From assembly GCA_002269645.1 (NCBI GenBank), contig NIVC01001458.1:124001-188000 (forward strand): 64,000 nucleotides of DNA, in the 5' to 3' direction. The DNA comes from Macrostomum lignano. Lineage: Eukaryota. The position numbers and the translations under genes were made by a program. This document shows positions 47,867 to 64,000 of this stretch, one piece after another; position 1 is the stretch's first letter; every line of letters starts with the position of its first letter. The notes under the pieces were generated by a model. That model worked only from the letters and a program-made list of their open reading frames with translations. It was not told the DNA's origin and ran no database searches.

Positions 47867-49217
47867 ATTGGATGCTTAAATTTTTCAGGCCATGTAAGAT
47901 TTAGGTGTTTTGAAAGCACCAACGGTCCAGTGCCCAGTGCCACTTCCTATGTGGCAGGACAATAGCAAGCATAAAGGAGGCCGCGGAGTTGAAAGAAGCT
48001 GCTTTCAGACCTCAAAGCGATGAAGCGGATGCTTTTCCATAGAATTGGAAATTGAAAACAGACAGCCAGGAAATGCCATTTTGCTGGTTTAGTTCGCAAG
48101 AAAGGAGCAATTTTAAGGGCCAGGCTTCCTTTGGCACTTCCGGAATTAAATTATGGCAGATTATTGAGAAATTTCACTTTCGATGATGGAGATGCTGCTA
48201 GTTTGTGATTGGGGTCAAGGGATGCGATGTACATGCGCGCTCTGTTTGTATATGTACATGCGTTCTCGAGTAAATATAAGAATAGCTCCACCCTTCGGGT
48301 GAGGGTTTGAATTTTGTTTTCTGGACTAAACCTGACTGGCTTGTCTCTCGCTCACCACACTGACTGTTTGGGGCACTGAACGTTTCGTGTCGACCTGCCT
48401 GAGGCTGAGGCCCGCACACCCTGGTTCTGCAATCATGGCTAAATTAATCTCGACTTGATCCTCCCCAAACAGCTACAAATTACAATCAATAAGCCATGTT
48501 AAGGTGAAGATTGTTACGGGTGTCACCTGATCTCACGCGGCGGCTCAAAATTCACGGATTAAAAAAGTGGGGGGAGTCGGAGAGAAAGGAAAGGAGGCGG
48601 GGTAGCGCTCGGAGGACAAAGATGGGGATGAATGAGGCGCATTGATTGGGAGAAAAGAGAAAGGGATTTGGGAAGCTGAGTGACTGGCCTATTTGGTGCT
48701 GAGTGACGGACGGCTTGCAGAAGCTGTTTTAGCTTCATCATCATGCAAGGGAAGCTGGCGGCGGCCCCGCACGCGAACTCTTTGAATAGAGGGCGGAAGC
48801 GAAGAAAATTGGTGCCTCATCATCATTGCCACCTTCCCTCCTCTTTCCAGCTTCCTCAGTTCCTGCGCTATTCTTCTCGGGCCCAAAGACCCAAGCCGCA
48901 ATGTGGTCATTAGCCCATTAGCAGTGCGCCTCCCCAAGCCCAGCCCAATGTCCCCTCCCCCCCAAATTAATTCCCCCAGCCTCCACGTGCGTGGAAGAAA
49001 ACATGGAGCCGATGCACCGCAGCTGATTGGCCAGCTTGGCACAGCTGATGGCGTGGCGGACCTGTCGGTATTGGCTGCTCAGGGGAGCAGTGAAATCCAC
49101 TCTCTCCCATCCCAACCCCAACTCCTGCCGTCCCAACAGCTCAGCGCCTTATATTAATTTCAAATTGCGCTTCAACTTTCTTAAGACAAATTGTATGAAG
49201 ACCAGCATTGATTAGCC

Positions 49218-55686
<6,469 letters not shown>

Positions 55687-56149
55687 CCGTGACCTTGGGG
55701 AAACCCCCGCCCGTGCTCGTCTCTGATTGGCCAAGCTGAGGCAGTCTTGCCCCTATAAATATATCTATACACAAATGGCTGAAATGGTTCGCAATGCAAA
55801 CAGAAATATGTCGCCACTTGCACAGCCGTATACATAATGATAAGCCTAATAAACTATTGTGAGCATTACTAATGCATTATCAATACGGTTTGCTTTTTCT
55901 GCCTACCTGATTGCCCACTTCACAATATTAGTGTTTAATTATACATGTAATTTCTTTCTTAGCTGCGTGAATATTGCACACAGGTGCGAATGCAAATGTA
56001 ATATTTAATGAATCATCGCGCGCTTAGACAATTAAATGAATTTCAATTCTTTAAAAAAGAGAATTCACGTAAATTTTGTTCCTTTTTTTCGTTAAACTTT
56101 ATCAATTGAAAGGTCAAATTATCAAGGATTAGTATAATCGGTGTACGGG

Positions 56150-56535
56150 ATGCGCCAACTGAGGGCGCCATGTGGAGGGGGCGCCAAGTGGGGGAGGCCA
56201 TGTGGAGGGGGCGCCAAGTGGGGGCGCCATGTGGAGGGGGCGCCAAGTGGGGGCGCCATGTGGAGGGGGCGCCAAGTGGGGGCACCATGTGGGGGGCACC
56301 AATTGGGGGCGCCAGGTGGGGGGGCGCCAAGTGGGGGCGCCATGTGGGGGGGCACCAAGTGGGGGCACCAACTTGGGGGGTGCCAACTGGTGAGGGCGCC
56401 AGTTGAGCTCGGGGCAATGTCCTTGAGGGGGTCACTGTCCTTGGGGGGGCACTGTCCTTGGGGGCACTGTCCTTGGGGGACACTGTCCTTGGGGGCACTG
56501 TCCTTGGGGGGACACTGTCCTTGGGGGGATACTGT
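56150..56535. repeat. G-rich arrays (gggcgccatgtggagg / gggggcactgtccttg)
   Basis: Two adjacent imperfect tandem arrays, probably the interior of a non-autonomous DNA transposon. Confidence 0.85.
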
Positions 56536-57479
56536 CCATCCAAGGATGCATCGGGTCAGTCGGATGTCGGGGTCGGTTGTACACAACAGAACAATGAGAT
56601 TCGATCAGTTTATTATTGCCATTGAGAATTGAGCTTAAAATAAACAGGAAGGATACTCGACCACAAAGCAGCATACGGTAGGTGGCTACAATTAGGCCGG
56701 TGAAGTCTAGGCAACCCACCGACCTGCCTCCTCTCTCCCACAATCCCCAGCTCAGCGGGGGGCATTCGTTCGTGAGCAGGGAACAATGGGGGGTCTTGGC
56801 GGCCGCGTGCGGTTTCTGGGGATCATCTGGTGAAACTCTGCGATTTCTCATCCCATCTATCGTCTCGTTGGCGGCAGGGTCGGCGGCTGCCACCAAGGGG
56901 GAGGCATCTGCCAAGAGGCTCCAGTGAGAGCGGGCTCGCGTGATGATTGCGGAGTCCAGCAGAACCCGGGCGCAAGACTTCCCGCTGCTTCGTTCAGAGC
57001 GCAAAGCAGATTTTAATTTTTTCTTTTTCAAAGTTTCTATTTTCAGATCTTCCTGCGCAGTGCTACAAGAAAGAATTGAGTAGCTGGTTTCTTTTGATCA
57101 CTCTTCTTACTTCCTTATTCTAACTAATTTTTCTGGCCACTGTGCAACTTTTTTCCCTGCTGATGACGACGGTGATGAGGCACAATAGTGAGGCTGGGCG
57201 CGAGGCTGAGGGGAGTAATTAATTTGCTAATAAATTGGCATTTAAGTCGGCGCCGGCACAGAAAGGCGGTGGGGGGCCTCCACCGGGCGTGTCTAAACGG
57301 GCGGAAGCGAGACTGTATGGGGAGGCTGGTGGAACCGATGATGGGGAGAGCTTTTTGACACGTTAGACTCGCAGGGGGACTCAGGGCGCGGAACCGTATT
57401 GGGGGGGGGTTGAAGGAAAGTCTAGAGGCTCCGGAGTGGCCTCTCCTCAGCCTAGCGGGCCAAGGAGAACTTAAACGAA

Positions 57480-58250
57480 ATTTGGGCGGGCCAATGCAGA
57501 TGAGAGAGGAAAGGAGAGGGAATGGAAGGGAGAGAGGAGAGAGGAGATGAGAGGATAGATCAGTGAGAGATGCAAGGAGAGATGAGATGAGGGAGACGAG
57601 ATGATAGATGAGGTAAGAGATGCAAGGAAAGAGAAGAGATGAGAGACGAGATGATAGATGAGGTAAGAGATGCAAGGAAAGAGAAGAGATGAGAGACGAG
57701 ATGATAGATAAGGTAAGAGATGCAAGGAGAGAGAAGAGATGAGGGAGACGAGAGGATAGATGAGGTAAGAGATGCAAGGAGAGAGAAGAGATGAGAGACG
57801 AGATGATAGATGAGGTAAGAGATGCAAGGAAAGAGAAGAGATGAGAGACGAGATGATAGATAAGGTAAGAGATGCAAGGAGAGAGAAGAGATGAGGGAGA
57901 CGAGAGGATAGATGAGGTAAGAGATGCAAGGAGAGAGAAGAGATGAGAGACGAGATGATAGATGAGGTTAGAGATGCAAGGAGAGAGAAGAGATGAGGGA
58001 GACGAGAGGATAGATGAGGTAAGAGATGCAAGGAGAGAGAAGAGATGAGAGACGAGATGATAGATGAGGTAAGAGATGCAAGGAGAGAAGAGAAAGGAGA
58101 TGATATGATAGATGAGATAAGAGATGAGAGGATAAATGAGACAAGAGATGCAAGGAGAGAAGAGATGAGAGAGGAGATGAGAGAGAAGAGACACAAACCT
58201 TGAGCGGGCCGGCCGGATTGCTATTGCAAAATTTCAAAGCTGAGGTCCAG
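57480..58250 (-). mobile_element. hAT-like element remnant (copy 3) with GA-rich tandem interior
   Basis: 58183-58240 matches 20232-20285; preceded by about 690 bp of GA-rich tandem repeats; terminus decayed. Confidence 0.5.
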
Positions 58251-59209
58251 TTTCTATACTAAGTTTGTTAATAAGTTTATCATAGCTCACATAGCTTTAT
58301 TGTTTGGTTGATTAAATAAATTTTTATTAAACTGTTTTTGTACACATTCGAAAAAGACTATTAGCATCAAGGGCAACTGCTAACTCCAGGCTCTCCTTTA
58401 AAATTATCCTTGGCTAGGGCGCTTGCTGGAGGGCTAAGGGAGACGAATCGGGTGGAGACAGGCAAATGGGATAATTAGTGGGGTGGCGCTGCGGCCGCGG
58501 CCCACCTGGGGAGAGGAGAAACGTGATTTTTCGCCGGGACGATTTCGCAAAAAGACTTGGGGAGAAGACGAGGATGTCAAGAGCAGGGAGAGAGTAGAGA
58601 GAGCGAGAGCTGGGGAGACCAGAGGTGGATAGAGAACAGTAAAGATCCCCAATTGGGATTTTATCCCCTTGTAAATCTTATACGCAAGCAATTACCGGCA
58701 AGTTAAGCAGAGCTGGTAGCGGTTAGTACGCTCGTAGCCTACGCAGTTGAAGCAAGTCTGCAACGCTACAAATCAGCACAAGCATCAAAATCAACCCTGC
58801 ACCGGTGGGGAAGGCAGTGAGACAGGCGGTCTGCATCAAGTTTGAGTCCGCTAATCTTCACCTCCCTCCTCTCTATCTGCTCTCTCTACTATAATTGGCC
58901 TCATTTACCTCATTAGGGAATTCGAAGGTGAGGACGGAACGGCGAGGACTCACGCGGAGCCTCCCGCCTCTTTCTCGTGGCCTATACAGCCTCTCTATCG
59001 CTAGCGTGCGATAATTTTGCATGCATCCTCATTTTGTCACACCCCTTCACTCAGCACAGGATTCGGGTTGCCCGCCACCGAGCCCCCCCCTCCCGCCCCC
59101 GAGGCGCGGTGGAAACAGTGACCTGCTGGGAGAAAATCTGCATAGGAAACTTTATTCAGCACAGTCTGTGCTGCTCTTGTCTCAGCGCCATTCTCTCGCT
59201 GCTCTCTTG

Positions 59210-59720
<511 letters not shown>

Positions 59721-60179
59721 TGCTCCCTTTCCCAAACTCTCATCTCAGACAAAATCTCACGGCAAGAAGACAAAAGAAGGCGATGACGGGCAACCCGCAG
59801 GCAGGAGCAGCAGCGCGGGCATCAGACCCGGGGATGGCGGGGATATCCTGTCCGCGCACCTTTCTTCACCTTCTCCGATTTCTCTCCCCCTACCTCAGTG
59901 TCACGCGCGCGAGCGAGAAAATTTCCCATATCGACCTCTCGGGCTGCGACTGCAGCCCCTAATTAATAGGGTTTTTCATTCGAATGTACAAAACAGCTTT
60001 GAGGCAGCGGTGAGGCCACATTGCCAGTGAAACTAATACGAGTATTTTTGTTTAAGACTATGTATAGATCCTTTAATCCTTTTCAGCTGACCAACTCAAC
60101 TTCTTAACAAAGCCTCAGTTAACAAGTTCCTTAAGCCAATCTGCTGCTCTGATCAACCAATCTACGGACTCGTACCGTG

Positions 60180-61325
60180 CTAACAGCCACCAACCTACCA
60201 ACCTACCAACCAATCTACCCCTCTACCAACCAATCTAACAATCTGCCAACCAATCTACCACTCTACCAATTAATCAACCACTCTACCAACCACTACCATT
60301 ATAGTAACCAATGTACCACTCTACCAAGCAATCTATCAATCATTCTACCAACAAACCAACCATTCTACCGATCAATCTACTTCACACTCTAGCTACTTAT
60401 TTTCCTCTCTACAAATCAAACTTCATGTATCATTTTCCCAACCAAACTACCATTTTCCCAACCAAACTACCATTTTCCCAACCAAACTACCATTTTCCCA
60501 ACCAAACTACCATTTTCCCAACCAAACTACCATTTTCCCAACCAAACTACCATTTTCCCAACCAAACTACCATTTTCCCAACCAAACTACCATTTTCCCA
60601 ACCAAACTACCATTTTCCCAACCAATCTACCATTTTTCCAACCAATCTACCATTTTCCCAACCAATCTACCATTTTCCCAACCAATCTACCATTTTCCCA
60701 ACCAAACTACCATTTTCCCAACCAAACTACCATTTTCCCAACCAAACTACCATTTTCCCAACCAATCTACCATTTTTCCAACCAAACTACCATTTTCCCA
60801 ACCAATCTACCATTTTCCCAACCAATCTACCACTTTCCCAACCAATCTACCACTTTCCCAACCAAACTACCATTTTTCCAACCAATCTACCATTTTTCCA
60901 ACCAAACTACCATTTTTCCAACCAATCTACCACTTTCCCAACCAATCTACCATTTTCCCAACCAAACTACCATTTTCCCAACCAATCTACCATTTCCCAA
61001 CCAAACTACCATTTTCCCAACCAAACTACCATTTTCCCAACCAAACTACCATTTTCCCAACCAATCTACCATTTTTCCAACCAAACTACCATTTTCCCAA
61101 CCAATCTACCATTTTCCCAACCAATCTACCATTTCCCAACCAAACTACCATTTTCCCAACCAATCTACCATTTCCCAACCAAACTACCATTTTCCCAACC
61201 AATCTACCATTTTCCCAACCAAACTACCATTTTCCCAACCAATCTACCATTTCCCAACCAAACTACCATTTTCCCAACCAAACTACCATTTTCCCAACCA
61301 ATCTACCATTTTCCCACCCAATCTA
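60180..61325. repeat. 20-bp minisatellite (accattttcccaaccaaact) with degenerate 5' flank
   Basis: About 45 copies from 60430. Confidence 0.96.
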
Positions 61326-62679
61326 TCAAGCAGAAATTTAGTTTTTTTCTCCTGCTTGAATCCTAGCAGCTCGAACAAACGTCCCTAGCAGAGCTTGCCA
61401 GACTTCAGCTAAGGCAAAGGCAAGAATTAATTGGACCCAAAGGAAGAATTCAACACGCAGGTCGCAGTCACATTCTAGTTAAATACTCCTAGAGTGAGAA
61501 TTATTTTCCGCCTTGTTCAACCGACAAGAGCTGTTGAATTGTGACCAGCTGGAGTGGGCCTGGTCTGGAGAAAGTTGCCGCAGGGGTTAGGGTAGGGGTT
61601 TCTGCCATAGACTATAAGAGCCGGGCGGCTGCTGGAGGAGGCTGGCTTCTCGGCGAAAGCCAACAACCACCTTAACAATTCAAGAGGGTTCTTAAATGGC
61701 TTTGCTAACAAAACGTTGCACCACCACACCGCCTCCGGTGCCTCCCTGCAAGCGCAAGAGCAAGTGCTTGCAAGTCTGGTAGCCTGCATGGTTAGCAGGG
61801 AATGAAGGACGGGCCCTCGGTCACGTGTCCTTCCCGATCATATTGAAATTCACACAATGCTTGATTATAATTAATTAATTTCTCCAATATAGGCCTGATT
61901 AATAAATTCTGATGAAGTTTAAAATAATCTGGAACCTGCGTTTTCTTAGAATAGCAATCTGCATCAAAGCATTATGGACGAGAGCAGATCGTTTGAAAAT
62001 AAAATACCAACTAGACAAGGGAAATTGGATTTGATTTCATGATATAACAATGACTAAGTAGTAGCTTTGAATTCGGAGTAAGGTGTTTAGTTAAAGGAAA
62101 GATAGCTAAGGGTTCTCTCACTCTCTTGTTCCATCTTAATTTTAGTTTTCAAGAGGCTGCCAGCACGCTACTGATGGGGGGGAGAGAGTGAGGGGAGCCA
62201 CCCACTTGTCTCCGGCCATGCAGTCGTCGGAGCTCGCCGCATGATCTGTCTAAGAAGACGGCGATTTTAATCAGTTTGATAAAAAAATCGCAAAAATGGC
62301 TGCCGCCACCAGCGGCCACTTCTCTACTTGATATCCCCGAATCGCAGCGGGGGCTCCGATTCGCTTCTAACTAATTGCTCCCCCCATTAATTTGTCTAAT
62401 CGGGCGTGGTCTAGTGATGTTTTCTCAGCATCTTGTTATTGTTGAAGTGAAAGCGCGAACAGTTGTCGATTTTTACCTGCTGTCCTGCAACTGCAGCGTT
62501 GGCACCTTCTTGGCGCCCACTCTCTGTCTACTTTTCACCGTCCTCTTTTTCTGTTAAAATTGCCTCCCAAGTAGGTGAATGTTATGTAAGATGGTAGGCA
62601 CAGTATGTATAGTGCATAAGGGCAGAAAACTTGCATGTCTGGTCGACAGGTCAGTGGTTTCATGGGTTGTTAGTTAAGT

Positions 62680-63415
62680 AGATAGGTAGGTAGGTAGGTA
62701 GGTAGGTAGGTGGGTGGGTTGGTGGGTAGGTAGGTAGGTAGGTGGGTGGGTGGGTTGGTGGGTAGGTAGGTAGGTAGGTGGGTGGGTGGGTTGGTGGGTA
62801 GGTAGGTAGGTAGGTGGGTGGGTGGGTTGGTGGGTAGGTAGGTAGGTAGGTAGGTAGGTAGGTAGGTAGGTGGGTGGGTGGGTGGGTTGGTGGGTTAGGT
62901 AAATAGGTGGGTGGGTGGGTGGGTTGGTGGGTAGGTAGGTAGGTAGGTAGGTTGGTAGGTAGGAGGGTAGGCAGGTAGGTAGGTAGTTTGGTGGGTAGGT
63001 AGGTGCATAATAGTAGACAGGTAGGTAGTTACATAATACTAGGTGGGCAGGTAGGTACATAGCACGTAACTAGGCAGGTAGGTACATAATAGTAGGCAGT
63101 TGGGTACATAATAGTAGGTAGGCAGTTGGGTACATAATAGTAGGTAGGCAGTTGGGTACATAATAGTAGGTAGGCAGGTAGGTACATAATAGTAGGTAGG
63201 CAGTTGGGTACATAATAGTAGGTAGGCAGGTAGGTACATAATAGTAGGTAGGCAGGTAGGTACATAATAGTAGGTAGGCAGGTAGGTACATAATAGTAGG
63301 TAGGCAGGTAGGTACATAATAGTAGGTAGGCAGGTAGGTACATAATAGTAGGTAGGCAGGTAGGTACATAATAGTAGGTAGGCAGGTAGGTACATAATAG
63401 TAGGTAGGCAGGTAG
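62680..63415. repeat. (GGTA/GGTG)n microsatellite followed by a 26-bp array (gtaggtacataatagtaggtaggcag)
   Basis: Direct observation. Confidence 0.96.
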
Positions 63416-64000
63416 TTACGGTGTTGCAGAACAGCATGCTGAGTGAAATCAGCTATTAGCAAGATCGTGAACAGGCCGGTCATATCCAACAATATTGTAT
63501 TGAAATTCTTGTTGCGCTAAAAAGCGACTGAGAAAACACTTTACTCTACTTAAAATAAGTAGTCTAAAATGTAAAAGGCTAGAATTATTTATTAAGTTTT
63601 AGAGAAGAAGCGACACAACCCAGGCCAACACATAAAGTAAGTCCTACACCCGCTCTGATCATAATCAGTATGTTGGAATGTTTTGCGTGCCATTTTAATG
63701 CGCAGTTTCTAGGCTGGCTAACCCCTGCCGCCGATTCTCTTATTAGTCACGCTATAGTGTTAGACTTGTTATAATGGAATGAATTAATTCAGAGCGTCTG
63801 TGTTAAAGGCCTGGCTTGTGCCCACGCAGTGTGTGACTCAGTCAGTGCAGTAAAGGACGGGCATATTATTGTACACTTAGAGGCGGAAAATGTGATTAAT
63901 AAATTCTGCGTGTTGTTAAAAATGGCTTTTTTAAAGGGCTGAAAAATTCAATACGGTAAATTTAGCAGACAAGATGAGCATAGTTCATAGTACACTTCCA

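Overview
Eukaryotic (animal) genomic DNA with GC-rich spliced exons in introns packed with micro- and minisatellites. This style is consistent with a macrostomid flatworm (Macrostomum-like) genome, but that assignment is inference only. I could rebuild seven intron-containing genes by hand with consistent splice phases: the 3' part of a short-chain L-asparaginase (+, 73-763); a DUF4587/C21orf58-PRR29-like coiled-coil protein (+, about 2007-8717); arfaptin (-, 17265-12812); an ankyrin-repeat DHHC palmitoyltransferase (+, 19312-25021); TRAP-alpha/SSR1 (-, 29998-26281); TP53I11 (+, 37188-41293); and a Vsx/Chx10 homeobox gene (+, 49218-55686). Mobile DNA comprises two solo LTRs with 4-bp TSDs, a MITE with 8-bp TSD, hAT-like MITE remnants, a tRNA-derived CORE-like SINE and a decayed Polinton polymerase fragment. 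About 30 tandem arrays generate most of the long ORFs in the supplied track, which are spurious. There are no CRISPR, rRNA or tRNA genes. The most notable observations are: an RrA-type single-domain asparaginase with a spliceosomal intron in an animal; sense-strand intronic minisatellites whose units copy a 3' splice site (always AG|T); an array of p53 half-site-like motifs in TP53I11 intron 1; and AT-rich islands over housekeeping-gene 5' ends. All alignments are by eye and from memory; no database searches were run.
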